64,000 nt of DNA, from contig JBBTCT010000020.1 in the NCBI GenBank assembly GCA_038060895.1, forward strand, positions 32,001 to 96,000, in the 5' to 3' direction. The notes under the pieces are model-generated. The model was not told where the DNA came from. It was given only the letters and a program-made list of their open reading frames with translations, and ran no database searches. Below, piece by piece: positions 17,054-27,400 of the stretch (positions within the stretch are counted from its first letter, which is position 1; each line of letters opens with the position of its first letter). The DNA comes from Planctomycetota bacterium (GTDB lineage: Bacteria; Planctomycetota; MHYJ01; WSZJ01). The position numbers and the translations under genes were made by a program.

Positions 17054-18370
17054 ATGTCGCGAATCGTCGCCTTAGTTCTGCTGCTCGCCTGCCGGCTCGC
17101 GGCAGCGACTCCCGAGGCTGTCCTCGCGGAAGACCACGCGAAACTCGCGACCGAGGCGGAAAAACTCGGGCTGCGCGAGGAAGCTGCTCAGGAAGCGCGC
17201 ACCGTGCTGCGGCTGGCGCCGGAACACGCGGCGGCGAAGGCGCTGCTGGAGAAGCTCGGGCCGGTCCGGATCGTCGAGTGGCCCGATCCGCTGCACGCCA
17301 GGTTTGTCGCCTGGTCGAAGAAACGAGCGGGGGTCCGCATGGCGGGGGCGAAGAAACTCGCGACCTCGGCGACTGCGGCCGAGAAGGCGGGGAATGCGGA
17401 CGAAGCGAAGCGCCTGCGCGAGCTCGCCATCGCGGAGGATCCCGACTGCGCGGACGCGCGCAAGGCGATGGGGATGGAGAAGGTGGATGTGGCCGGGTGG
17501 GTGACGAAAGAGGAGGCCGCCCAGCGGAGAAAGGGATTGTTGCCGGTTGGCGCGGAATGGCTGCCGGCGAAGGATGCGGCGGCGCGCCACTCGAAATGGG
17601 CCGAGGCTTGGGAAGTCCGCTCGGCGCACTTTCTCGTCCGCACGAACGCTTCGGAAAAGGAAGGACTCGCGATGGCGGCACGCGCGGAGGAGCTGCTCGT
17701 CGCGCTCCGCCGTGAGCTGGAAGGCGCGACCGACCCCATGCCTCCGCCCGCCGCGCCGTACGAAATCCACTTCTACGCCGCTCGCGCCGACCTCGACGCC
17801 CACATCGACTCCGTGCACGCCGGAAAGGCCTTCCTCAAGTCCATGGGTGGCTTCTACTCGCCCCAGGACAAGACGTCGCACTTCTGCCCGCCCGCCGAGA
17901 GAGCCATCTCGACGCTCGACGACATCGTGCGCCACGAAGCGACGCACCACCTCCTGAGCGAGCTCTGGCCGAACGCGGCCATGCACTTCAAGCCGGGCTT
18001 CTGGGCGTGGGAAGGGATCGCGTGCTACTTCGAAACGATCGAGGTCCGCGACGGCAAGATCCTCACGGGGCGCGCTTCACATGCGCGCCTCGTCACCGCG
18101 AAGGACGACATGCAGAAGGGAAAATTCAAGACGCTGGAGGAGCTGGCGGCGGCGGACCAGAACGGGCTCGGGAGCGCCTACGAGCAGGCGGCGGCGCTGA
18201 CGCATTTCTTCATGCACTCGGAGGGCGGCAAGAAGCGGGAGAAGTTCGTGGAGTACCTGAAAATCGTGTCGAAGGGCGCGGGCGACGCGACGGCATGGGA
18301 GACTTGTTTCGGGAAGAAGCCGGCTGACATGCAGGCGGAGTGGCTGGCGTACCTGAAGGGGCTGAAGTGA
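17054..18370 (+). CDS. Secreted DUF1570-type putative zinc metallopeptidase-like protein
   Basis: Signal peptide MSRIVALVLLLACRLAAA; HEATH (HExxH) followed by WAWEGIACYFE and YEQAAALTHFF. Confidence 0.85.
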   Translation: MSRIVALVLLLACRLAAATPEAVLAEDHAKLATEAEKLGLREEAAQEARTVLRLAPEHAAAKALLEKLGPVRIVEWPDPLHARFVAWSKKRAGVRMAGAKKLATSATAAEKAGNADEAKRLRELAIAEDPDCADARKAMGMEKVDVAGWVTKEEAAQRRKGLLPVGAEWLPAKDAAARHSKWAEAWEVRSAHFLVRTNASEKEGLAMAARAEELLVALRRELEGATDPMPPPAAPYEIHFYAARADLDAHIDSVHAGKAFLKSMGGFYSPQDKTSHFCPPAERAISTLDDIVRHEATHHLLSELWPNAAMHFKPGFWAWEGIACYFETIEVRDGKILTGRASHARLVTAKDDMQKGKFKTLEELAAADQNGLGSAYEQAAALTHFFMHSEGGKKREKFVEYLKIVSKGAGDATAWETCFGKKPADMQAEWLAYLKGLK

Positions 18371-18375
18371 CGGCA

Positions 18376-18392
18376 TTGACGCACTGCGTCAA
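18376..18392. promoter_or_regulatory. 17-bp palindrome copy 1, TTGACGCACTGCGTCAA (intergenic)
   Basis: Perfect palindrome around a 1-nt centre, extending to 19 bp with flanking A/T; recurs at 37703, 46818 and 55840. Confidence 0.75.
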
Positions 18393-18417
18393 TCAAAGTT
18401 CCGGTTAAGATCCTGCC

Positions 18418-19968
18418 ATGTCCGCCCCGATCCCGCTCGTCCTGGCCCTCGTCGCCGAGGCGGACCACCCTGCCGGCGGCGCACTCCGCGAAAGGCTCGC
18501 CTCACTGGGCGGCGAGGTCCGCACAGGGCCGTCCGCCGTGGTGATCACCTGGGAGGACAGTCGCGGCCGCGAGGAGTTCGCGATCCGTGCGGCGCGCGAC
18601 GCCGTGAAGTTCGCCCGGGACGCCGGGCTGGCCGCGCGCGCCGCGGTGCACCTCGGCCTGCCCGACCCGTCGCCCGGCGCGTTCGCCATGGCCCGGGCGG
18701 CGCCCGACGGTGCCGTTTGGGTGTCCAAGGCAGTCGAACGCCTCGTCCCGCGGAGATTCCGCTTCACGGAACTGCCCGTCCTGCAGGTCGGCGCCGAAGC
18801 CGTGCCTCCTTACGAGGCCGGAGAAGAACTCGGTTCCCCCGGCGAGTTCGGCTCGGGCGAGGAGCTCGGCCCCTTCATCGAACGCCAGAGCGCGATCACC
18901 ACGCTTCACGCAACCCAGACATCGCTGCTCCTCATCGGCCCCCCCGGCTCGGGACGCGCCCGCCTCCTGCGCGTGTGCCGCGAAACCCGCCGGGCCACGG
19001 GCTCGTGGGTCGCCGTCGGCCGATGCGGCGAGCGCCCGGCGTCGCCCGGCGGCGCGTTCGGGCAGATGCTCTGCGCCGAGGCCGCCGCTTCGGGATTCGA
19101 CCGCTGGGACGGCGAACGGGTTGTCGCGGCTGTAAAACGGCTCGGCGGAAGCGCGGAGGACGCCGACACGCTCGCCTTGTCGCTGGGGCTTCGCCTGAAC
19201 GAAGAGGGCGCTTCGCCGGCGCCCGCTCCCGACGCGATGCGCGCCGCCTGGGGGCGGCTCCTCGAGGGAATGAAGCCGCGCCCGCTGCTCTGCCTCGAGA
19301 ATCTCGGACGCGCGACGGCCGAGGAAGTGGCGATTCTCGAGTCGCTCCCTCCCGCGGCGGCAACGGTGCTGGCGACGGGCGAGTCTCTCGTCAAATCGAA
19401 GCGCGGCTTTCTGCCCGTCCCGCTCCGGGAAATGTCACCCGATGCGAGCCGGAAACTTGCCGCGCGCGTCCAGCTGGCGCCCGGCATCATGGCCGCCGGG
19501 AATCCGCTCCTCATCGAGCAACTCGGAGCGCTCTGCGCCGAAGCGGGCAACGATGCGGCGGTCGACGCCTTCGCGGCCCCCGACCCGCTGCACGACGCCA
19601 TCGATGCGCGGTTCGAAGCTCTCCCCCTCGAGGCTCGCGAGACGCTGGCCGCCGCTTCGATCCTCGGGCGCTCGTTCTGGAGATTTGCGCTGGAACGGGT
19701 GCTGGGACACGACGCGGAAGAGGGGCTGCAGAAGGCCCGGCACGGCGGCTGGATCCTCGAACGCGAAGGTTCGCTCATGCGGGCCGACGGCGAGCTGCTC
19801 TTCCGCCACGACCTCCTGCGCGAGGCCGCGGAATCTTCGCTCGCGCCGGGCGCGCCGCAGCAGCTGCACGCGGTGGCGGCGGCGTTCTACGAACAGCGCG
19901 CGCCGCTCGCCGGACCGGCGACGGCGGCGCGGGCGGCGTGGCACCGGGCTGAAGCGGCGCGAGCCTGA
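18418..19968 (+). CDS. Degenerate class III cyclase-like plus STAND/AAA_16 ATPase-like protein
   Basis: Cyclase-like remnant (ARAAVHLG...AAPDGAVWVS), Walker A variant GPPGSGRA, GNPLLIEQL, AASILGRSFW, FRHDLLREAA. Confidence 0.7.
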   Translation: MSAPIPLVLALVAEADHPAGGALRERLASLGGEVRTGPSAVVITWEDSRGREEFAIRAARDAVKFARDAGLAARAAVHLGLPDPSPGAFAMARAAPDGAVWVSKAVERLVPRRFRFTELPVLQVGAEAVPPYEAGEELGSPGEFGSGEELGPFIERQSAITTLHATQTSLLLIGPPGSGRARLLRVCRETRRATGSWVAVGRCGERPASPGGAFGQMLCAEAAASGFDRWDGERVVAAVKRLGGSAEDADTLALSLGLRLNEEGASPAPAPDAMRAAWGRLLEGMKPRPLLCLENLGRATAEEVAILESLPPAAATVLATGESLVKSKRGFLPVPLREMSPDASRKLAARVQLAPGIMAAGNPLLIEQLGALCAEAGNDAAVDAFAAPDPLHDAIDARFEALPLEARETLAAASILGRSFWRFALERVLGHDAEEGLQKARHGGWILEREGSLMRADGELLFRHDLLREAAESSLAPGAPQQLHAVAAAFYEQRAPLAGPATAARAAWHRAEAARA

Positions 19969-20012
19969 TTGAAGTTGCGGGGTCGTGAAGGGCCTGCCAT
20001 TCTCTCGCGCCG

Positions 20013-21017
20013 ATGACGACGAGTCCGGGGAAGTTGCTGGGCTGGAGCGCGGCCGCGGGGTTCGCGGTGTGGTGCCTCCTGAGCGCGGCGGTGCACGCCC
20101 GGTGGACGACGCTGGGTCTCGAATGGGGCGTGCAGCTCAACATCACGGGAATTTTCATGCTGGGGCTGCTCGTGACGACGCCCCTGGCGCTGCTGCTCAG
20201 CGCCCCGGCGGGTTCCGCGGGCAGCGCCGCATGGCGTGCGGCGGCGTGGCTTCAGCCCCCGGCCGCCGCGGCGGCGTTCGGGTCCTTCTTCGTCGCGCCG
20301 GGCGCTATCGCCGCGGCGCTGGTCGTGCCCTGGGCTGCGATGAGCGTGTGCGCGGCGGCGACCGGCCTCGGACGATTCCTCGAGCACCGATTCAGGCAGC
20401 CTGAAGAACTCGCCATTGACGCCGGACTTGCCATGCTGCCGGTCGGGGCGGCTTGGCTGGCAGCCTCGCGGGCCGGGGTGGAGCCCATGGGATTCCGCGA
20501 GCCTTTCGTCCTGCTCACGGCCGTGCATTTCCATTTCGCCGGGCTCGCCGCGACCGTGATCGTCGGCCTCGCGGGACGCCGGCTGCGGGCGTGGAACTCG
20601 AAGATCCTCCCCCTCTATCTGGTCCTGGCCGCGGGCGTGGTCCTCGGCGTCCCTCTCCTCGCAGCCGGCATCGCTTCGCACACGAAGTTCGAAGTCGTCG
20701 CCGCCCTCATCCTGGCCTTCTCGCTCGGTGGGTTCTGCCTCTTCGCCCTCTTCGCCGTCGTCCCGCGCCTCGACGGATGGCCGGCCAGGATCCTGCTGGG
20801 CCTCGCGCTTCTGGCGGCCGTCTGGTCGATGCACTACGCCGGGCACTACGCAGCCGGCGTTGCTCGCGGCGTGATCCCGCCGAAATACTCCCTTCCGAAA
20901 ATGGCCTCCGTTCACGGACTGCTCAACGCCCTCGGCTTCTCTCTCTGCGGTCTGCTAGGCTGGCTCGCAGCGGAACGGGCGGAACGGAAGAACCGCAAAT
21001 CGGGGAAAACGACGTGA
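20013..21017 (+). CDS. YndJ-like membrane protein
   Basis: Multi-TM; LLTAVHFHFAG and MASVHGLLNALGFSLCGLLGW motifs. Confidence 0.85.
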   Translation: MTTSPGKLLGWSAAAGFAVWCLLSAAVHARWTTLGLEWGVQLNITGIFMLGLLVTTPLALLLSAPAGSAGSAAWRAAAWLQPPAAAAAFGSFFVAPGAIAAALVVPWAAMSVCAAATGLGRFLEHRFRQPEELAIDAGLAMLPVGAAWLAASRAGVEPMGFREPFVLLTAVHFHFAGLAATVIVGLAGRRLRAWNSKILPLYLVLAAGVVLGVPLLAAGIASHTKFEVVAALILAFSLGGFCLFALFAVVPRLDGWPARILLGLALLAAVWSMHYAGHYAAGVARGVIPPKYSLPKMASVHGLLNALGFSLCGLLGWLAAERAERKNRKSGKTT

Positions 21018-22027
21018 AGAAAATGCTGATCGCCGGAACCGTTCTCCTGGCCTCTTCCGCCGTCGCCGAACGCGAAGCGCGGACCTTTGAAATGAAGAGT
21101 CTCGACGTCGCCGCTCCCGACGGGAGGATCGTCGCGACCACGAAAGGGTTCGTGGCTCTCGAGCGCGGCAAGGACGGCGACCGGATCGTGCACCGCAACC
21201 GGGACGGGAAGGAAATCGATGAGCTCCTGAACCTGGAAGCGCGGGTCGGCCGCTGGTGGGCGGCGCCCGACGGCAGCTCGGCGGTGGTGCTGGAGGGCGT
21301 CAACGTGCTGTCGCTGTGGCTTCCCGCCGTCGTGGGCGGCTTCGCCAGACCGGAGCATCTCCTCGCGGGGGACGTCGCCTACTCGCCCGACGGCAAACGC
21401 ATCGCGTTCCGGTCGGGCGACCAGGTCGTCGCCCGCGACGCAATGCCGAAAGGCTGGCGCGTTGAAATCCCGGCGTCGCCCGTGCTCGAAGGGCCGCTGT
21501 GGTCCGGCGACGGCGCTTCCCTGGTCGCCGTCACCGGCAAGTCGAGCGTCGTCAATGGCGTGCTGAAATCGTCCCCGGACTCCGTCGAGTGGTGCGACCC
21601 CAGGGCCGAAAAGCCGGAATGGAAAAAGCTCTTCCACTCCGAAGGCGGCACCATCGCCCATCTCGCGGCCGACCTTTCCGGACGCCGCGTGGCCTTCGTC
21701 GAGATCAAGGACGGCTGGAAGCTGCGCCTCCTCGACCTCGACAAGGGTGAACTCGATGTCCTCGACGAAAGCGGCGGGACGAGGAGCGTCGTGTTCACGC
21801 CTGCGGGCGACCTGCTTTTGACGGCCGACACCCGGTCCGGGCGGGTCGAGGCCTGGCTCATCGGGACGGTCCGCGGCGGCACAAAGCGCGGCGTCTCTCG
21901 AGATCGCGTTGCCGAACTTCCCGACGCCGACGTGGTCGCGGCGTCCGCAGCCGCGGGCGACTTGTGGTTCGTCACGCACACGGCGGGGAGCAAGGACTTC
22001 AAAGTCGTGCGCGTCACGCCCAAATAG
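21014..22027 (+). CDS. Secreted TolB/PD40-like beta-propeller protein
   Basis: GTG start overlapping the upstream TGA; signal peptide; repeats APDGS, YSPDGKRIAF, WSGDG, FTPAG. Confidence 0.8.
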   Translation: MKKMLIAGTVLLASSAVAEREARTFEMKSLDVAAPDGRIVATTKGFVALERGKDGDRIVHRNRDGKEIDELLNLEARVGRWWAAPDGSSAVVLEGVNVLSLWLPAVVGGFARPEHLLAGDVAYSPDGKRIAFRSGDQVVARDAMPKGWRVEIPASPVLEGPLWSGDGASLVAVTGKSSVVNGVLKSSPDSVEWCDPRAEKPEWKKLFHSEGGTIAHLAADLSGRRVAFVEIKDGWKLRLLDLDKGELDVLDESGGTRSVVFTPAGDLLLTADTRSGRVEAWLIGTVRGGTKRGVSRDRVAELPDADVVAASAAAGDLWFVTHTAGSKDFKVVRVTPK

Positions 22028-22081
22028 GAACTTCGTCCCTTCCGCAGCGTCCAAGGAAGACCCTTCCATCCCGGAGGCACG

Positions 22082-23095
22082 ATGCGCCGAACCGTTGCCC
22101 TGTTCGCCCTGACCCCGCTGGTCGCCCTGCTCCTGGTAACCGCCGCGGAAGCGAAGCGCGCCCGGCGCACGCCGGTCAACACGCCGACGGGCGTTGTCGT
22201 GGATGGACCGCAGCTGGCGGCGTACGGGAAAGGATTCGCGGTCTGCCGCAACGCGGATTTGAAGGGCGAAATCGTGGCCTGCGACGCAGATGGCAAGAAC
22301 CCCAGGACGCTCGTGTCGGCGAAAGCGCCGATCTCAGCCTGGAGCCCTTCCCCGAAGGAAGGCGTGATCGCCTGGATATCGGGCGGGAAGCTCTTCCTGC
22401 GAAGCACCCCGGACGGAGAAGAACTCGACCTGGGGCTTGCAGAGCCCGTCCGGCCCGCTTTTTCGCGTGACGGGAAGATCGTGGCTTTTGTGTCGAAGGG
22501 AAACCTGGTGCTGCGCGACACGGAAGGAGAACGCCGGCGCGAAATAGCTCCCAGGGAGGGCCGCGTCATCGAGGGAATCGACTTCGCGGGCGACGGCAAG
22601 TGGATGATGGCGCTGACCGCTCCGGTCACCAAGGACGCCCGGGCGCCGGTAGACACAATCGAGCGGCTCGACTCGTCCGAGGAGTCTCCCGATTTCGAGC
22701 CCCTTCAATCTTTGGAGGACGGCCGCTTCCGTTCGGTGTGCGTCTCCCCCGTCGACGACCAGGTCGCCTTCGTCGAAGGGTCGGAGAAGGATTCTGAGTC
22801 CGTCCTTCACGTCCTCGCCCTCAGTACAGGCATCCGGAACGAATTCGGGGCCACCGGTGACTTCCGCGAGATCGCGTTCTCCGCGGACGGCCGCTGGCTT
22901 CTGCAGAATCTCGGAGGCGTGATTCACATGCAGCAGCTCTTCCGCTCCGGCACGGCACGGTCGTTTTACCGCGAAATCCTGACGGTCGGCGACGGCAAGG
23001 CGGATTCCCGCCCCGTCGCGGGCAAGGGCGGCATGTGGTTCCTGCGCGGAAAGCCCGGCGGCACGTTAGAGGTCGTCAAGGCCGAGCTGGATTAA
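22082..23095 (+). CDS. Secreted TolB/PD40-like beta-propeller protein (probable tandem paralog)
   Basis: GGAGG RBS; signal peptide; FSRDGKIVAF, FAGDGKW, SPVDDQVAF, FSADGRW. Confidence 0.8.
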   Translation: MRRTVALFALTPLVALLLVTAAEAKRARRTPVNTPTGVVVDGPQLAAYGKGFAVCRNADLKGEIVACDADGKNPRTLVSAKAPISAWSPSPKEGVIAWISGGKLFLRSTPDGEELDLGLAEPVRPAFSRDGKIVAFVSKGNLVLRDTEGERRREIAPREGRVIEGIDFAGDGKWMMALTAPVTKDARAPVDTIERLDSSEESPDFEPLQSLEDGRFRSVCVSPVDDQVAFVEGSEKDSESVLHVLALSTGIRNEFGATGDFREIAFSADGRWLLQNLGGVIHMQQLFRSGTARSFYREILTVGDGKADSRPVAGKGGMWFLRGKPGGTLEVVKAELD

Positions 23096-24260
23096 CGGCG
23101 CGCACCGGTTTCCGCACCGCCAGAAGCATCGCGCACGCGACGAGCGCGATGGCCGCTTCCGTGAGAAACGCGGTTTTCGGGCTGAAACTCTCGGAGAGGG
23201 CGCCAAACAGGAAGGATGCCGGCAGCGCTGTGATTCCGACGGCGAAGTAGAAGAGGCCGAAGGCGGTTCCCTTGAGCTCGGGAGGGACGAGGTCCGCGAC
23301 CACCGCCCGCTGCACTGAAGTGGCGAGCGCATTGAAGAGCGTATAGGCCGCCAGACAGAGGAGGAAGGGCGCGGGTTTCGAGGCAAAAGCAAAGCCGCAG
23401 TAGACCGCGGCGTAGATCAGCCAGCCGGCCAGAACGACCCGGCGCCGATCGAATCGGTCCGCGATCGCGCCCCCGGCGAGGGCCACCATGCCTTTCAGCA
23501 CGCTGAAGCCCGACCATGCCACTGTCGCCCAACCCAGCGGAATTCCTACTTCGGGCATCCGCTGGACGAGAAAGGCATCCGAGGAGTTGGCGAGCGTGAA
23601 CACCGCGACCGTCGCCAGGAACCACCGGAAGTTCCCGCTGAATGGTCGCAACGAAAGACTCAATGGCTTGGCCTCCGCCCGGGAGGGAACTTCGCGCACC
23701 AGGAACCCAATGAACATCATCACGAACGCGGCGGGCACCGCCGTCCAGAGGAACACGCTTCGAAAACTCATCCCCGACGCCAGCATCGCGCCCGCGACCA
23801 GCGGGCCGACCGCAGCCCCGAATTGGTCCATCGCGTTCTGGAGCCCGTAGGCCCTGCCCCGCGCCTCTGAGTCGCACGAATCGGCGATCAACGCATCGCG
23901 CGCGGCAAGCCTCGTTCCCTTGCCCAGCCGGTCCGCCATCCGGATCACGAAGACATGCCAGGGCGCGGTGACAATCGCGTAGAGGGGCCGCATGGCAGAA
24001 GACAGAAAGTAGCCCCAGAAAATGAAGGGCTTCCGCTTCCCCGCGCGATCGGACGCCCATCCGGAGAAGATCCTCAGAAGTGCGGCGAGGGAGTCGGCGG
24101 CCCCTTCGATCAGGCCGAGCGTCGCCTTCGAGGCGCCCAGGACCGTGGTGAGAAAGTGCGGCATGAGCGGAAAGACCATTTCCGAGGCGAAGTCGGTGAA
24201 GAAAGAGGCGAAGCCGAGCCAGAGGACGTTCGGGCGGAGGCCGTGGAAGAGGCGTTTCAC
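23076..24260 (-). CDS. MFS transporter
   Basis: SFFTDFASEMVFPL, GWASDRAGKRK, DRLGKG.R..ARDALIAD, IADRFDRRR; multi-TM. Confidence 0.93.
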   Translation of the reverse strand: MKRLFHGLRPNVLWLGFASFFTDFASEMVFPLMPHFLTTVLGASKATLGLIEGAADSLAALLRIFSGWASDRAGKRKPFIFWGYFLSSAMRPLYAIVTAPWHVFVIRMADRLGKGTRLAARDALIADSCDSEARGRAYGLQNAMDQFGAAVGPLVAGAMLASGMSFRSVFLWTAVPAAFVMMFIGFLVREVPSRAEAKPLSLSLRPFSGNFRWFLATVAVFTLANSSDAFLVQRMPEVGIPLGWATVAWSGFSVLKGMVALAGGAIADRFDRRRVVLAGWLIYAAVYCGFAFASKPAPFLLCLAAYTLFNALATSVQRAVVADLVPPELKGTAFGLFYFAVGITALPASFLFGALSESFSPKTAFLTEAAIALVACAMLLAVRKPVRAVNPARP

Positions 24261-24283
24261 CGGGGCGAGAGGCTACGGGAGGG

Positions 24284-24420
24284 GAAAAACGGCCACAACG
24301 AAACAAAAAGGGAAAAACGAAAAACAAAAAACGAAAAGTTCACGACCACCTCGCGGCGGCCGTTCCCTTTTCGTTTTTCCTTTTTGCTTTTTCGTTTTTC
24401 TTTTCGTTGTTGCCGTTTTC
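24284..24420. repeat. AT-rich inverted array of ~7-nt units (A-tract arm / T-tract arm); possible terminator
   Basis: Left arm 24284-24338 of (GAAAAAC)-like units, right arm 24367-24420 of (GTTTTTC)-like units; the arms are approximately reverse complementary. Confidence 0.8.
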
Positions 24421-24425
24421 CAGTC

Positions 24426-27400
24426 CTATTTCTTCATCCTCTCGACTTCGACGCCCTGCTGCCTGTTCCGCAGGTTCTTGTTGTAGTTGTCTTCCATCTC
24501 GTCGTTGGCCGACTTCAGCTCCTGGTCAAGCAGTTCCTTCTGCTGCTCGGACAGTTTCTTTGCAGCGGCCGGCATGTCGGCCTTGCGCCGCGCATCCTCG
24601 ATCTGCCCGATCACGCTCGCGCCGCGATGCATGGCGACATGGCCGTCCTTCTCGGCGACGACGATCGCGAGGCCGCGCACGCCGGCGGTCTCCCAGATTC
24701 CGCGCAGGTCCGTCTTGTCGCTGGCGATCCTCTGGTCATCGGTTCCGAAGATCGTGACCTTGACGCTTTCCGCGAAGCCGCCGCTGGCCACGTCGGAGAT
24801 GTTCACGCGGACGTTGCCGTCGGATTCCTCCTGCACGGCCATGGAAAGGTTTGAGCGGAGGATGATGCCGGAAGCGAAGAAGTCGCCGGCCTTGACGCCG
24901 ACGAGGTAGGCGCCGGGGTCCTTGAGGTCGAGCGTGAAGGTCTGCTTCTCACGGCGGCGGGCGTTGGGGTGGTCGAGCTTGAAGGTCTTTTCGAAGACGG
25001 GCTTGATTCCGGCGACTTCGACCGTCGATGCGTCCACCAGGTTCTTGCGGCGAAGGGCGAGCATCGTGAGGTCCACCTTGTAGGCCCGGACGTGCGCTTC
25101 CGCCACTCCCGCGTATTCGAGCTCGAGCTCGGCGGCCTTTGCCAGCGGGGCCAGGGTCACGTCCTTCACGGAGATCGCTTCACGCTCAAGGAATGCGATC
25201 GACCGCGCCGCGTCGGCGGACTTCGCCTTCACCTTCTTGTAGTTCTCCACCGCCTTGTCCATCTCGCCCTTCGCGTGGAAGATCTGCGCCTTCATCAGCA
25301 CCGCCTGGGTCCGGATCACTCCGGGGCCCGGGTTCGCTTTCGCTCCGTAGTCGAACGTCTCCAGCTTGTCGCAGAGCGTGAGGGCCTCGGGGAACTTCTT
25401 CTGCGCGAACAGCGCGAACGCCTGCGTGTAGTCGAACGTGTCGATGAAGCGCGACTTGATGAAGCGCGCGGCGGCCAGCCGTGCGGCACCGTCGGCGAGG
25501 TCGAACTTGCCGGCCTCGAGGTACGCGCTGCAGAGCGAGAGCATCGCCCGGTCGTTCTCCTCGTGCGCGGGGAACCAGGCGAGGACGTGCTCGAAGGCGG
25601 CCGCCGATTCGACCAGCAGCTCTTCGCGCGTCAGCGCCTTGTCGTTCTTCTCGGCGGTCGTCTTGTGCGACTTCGCCTTCGAATACAGCCGCTGGCCGAA
25701 GCCGAAGAGCATTTCGCGGTTGAGCGAGCTGTCGGGGTAATCGGAGAGGAGGGTCTTCATCCACGCGACCGAGTCTTTCATCCGTCCGAGGTCCTCGAGC
25801 GCGCCCGCGAGATTCGCCTCCTGCAGGAAGTACGCGTCGCACGCGCCGCTCGAGACCTGCATCGAGCGTTCGTGCTCGTTCACGGCGGCGTACGCCTTCG
25901 CGATCGCGCGGATCTTGTCGAACGGCACGACTTCGCCGGGGGCCTTTTCCTTCAGGACCTCGAAGTACTTCACGACGGTCTCGTTCTCGCCCAGCTCCAC
26001 CGCGCTGTAACCCAGCATGCGGGCCGCGCTGGCGGCGACGGCGTCCAGGAGCGTGCCCTTTTCAAAAAGCGGAAGGAGCATGTCGCGGCATTCCTTCCAC
26101 TTCTTCTTCTCGAACAGGATCGCGCCGGCTGTAGTTCTCTCGCCGTGTGTCCAGCTCCAACCGTCGCGGAAGGCCGCTCCGGGCGCAAGCACCTCGATCT
26201 CGGGATAGGCGGCGGGCGCATCGGAGTAGGCCAGGAACGTCACTTCGACCTTCCGTTCCGCCTCGGCCTGCGGCGCCAGCAGGACGCGCAGGTCGGCCCT
26301 GCCGAACTGGAGGCCGGTGTTGCGCGGCAGCTCCACGATGGAGTATTGGGTCGTCGGGCCGGTCACGGTGAGCTCGTACTTCACGCGGAACCAGCTCCCG
26401 GCGGCGACTTTCGACATCGACGGGTTTTCGACGGGCTCCTTGACCGTCGCGGCCACGGGCGTCGCTACCTTCCCCTCCACGATCGAGTGCGGCCATTCGG
26501 CGGTCCGCTTGACGGCGACCTTGACCGCAGGTTCGGGCACGACGCCGGTCTCCCTTGAGGCCATCGCATAGAAAGTCCCGGTTCCGGTCGGATCGACGAC
26601 TCCGTCCGTCGCCGTCAATTCTCCAAATCCCTTCACGGACTGCCCGTCCACCTTGACTTCCGTTACGCCACCCTTGTCGGGAGTCGTCTGCATCGCGAGC
26701 GCGAGAGCCGCCCGCTCGAAGGCCGTCTTCGGCCGGCGCGCCAGAAGCCAGGCGCGGGACTTCGGCAGAAGTGCGTGCGCCGGATCGATCTCCGCCATCG
26801 CGAGGGCCGCAAGGGCGGTCGTGGCGTACGTCGTGTTCGCCGAATCCGCCTGCGCCACTGACGTCGCTTCCCAGTGGTCTTCCTTCGCTGCCTTCGCCAG
26901 CTTCTCCAGCGCCGACTTTGCTTCGTCCGTCTTCTCTGCCGCCTTCATCGCGAGCGCGACGCAGGCGAGCGCGCGGGGAGAGAGAGTGTCCACGCCGCGC
27001 CACAGCCGGAAGAGGAACCCGTACTCCGCGTGCTTGCCGCGGGAGAGCGCGAACAGGATGAGGGCCTTCGTGTCATCGGACGTCGCCTGCGCGAAGCGCT
27101 GCTTGAGCAGCGCCGGGTCGGGCTCGATGTCGAATTCCGCCGCCTTGGCCTCGGCCGCGGCGAGGTAGAGCAGGACCGGCCACGCCGCGTCGTTCACGGC
27201 GGCGTCGCCGAGCCCCTGCGCGCGAAGAGCTGCGAACTCCATCACCGCCAGTTTCGTCACGTCCGTCTTCTCGAAGCGGTGCCGCGCCAGCCTTGCGATG
27301 AGCCGGGTGGCGACGTCGGAAGCGCGGGTCAGGTCGTCTCTGCCTTCCGCGAGCGCCTCGAGGAGGGCCGCCGGAGACGTCGCGACGAAGATCCGCGTTT

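Noticed and set aside
24284-24420. CRISPR array or sequencing artefact
   Set aside because: There are no constant repeats with unique spacers and no cas genes. The two arms are mutually complementary, which argues for a real hairpin.
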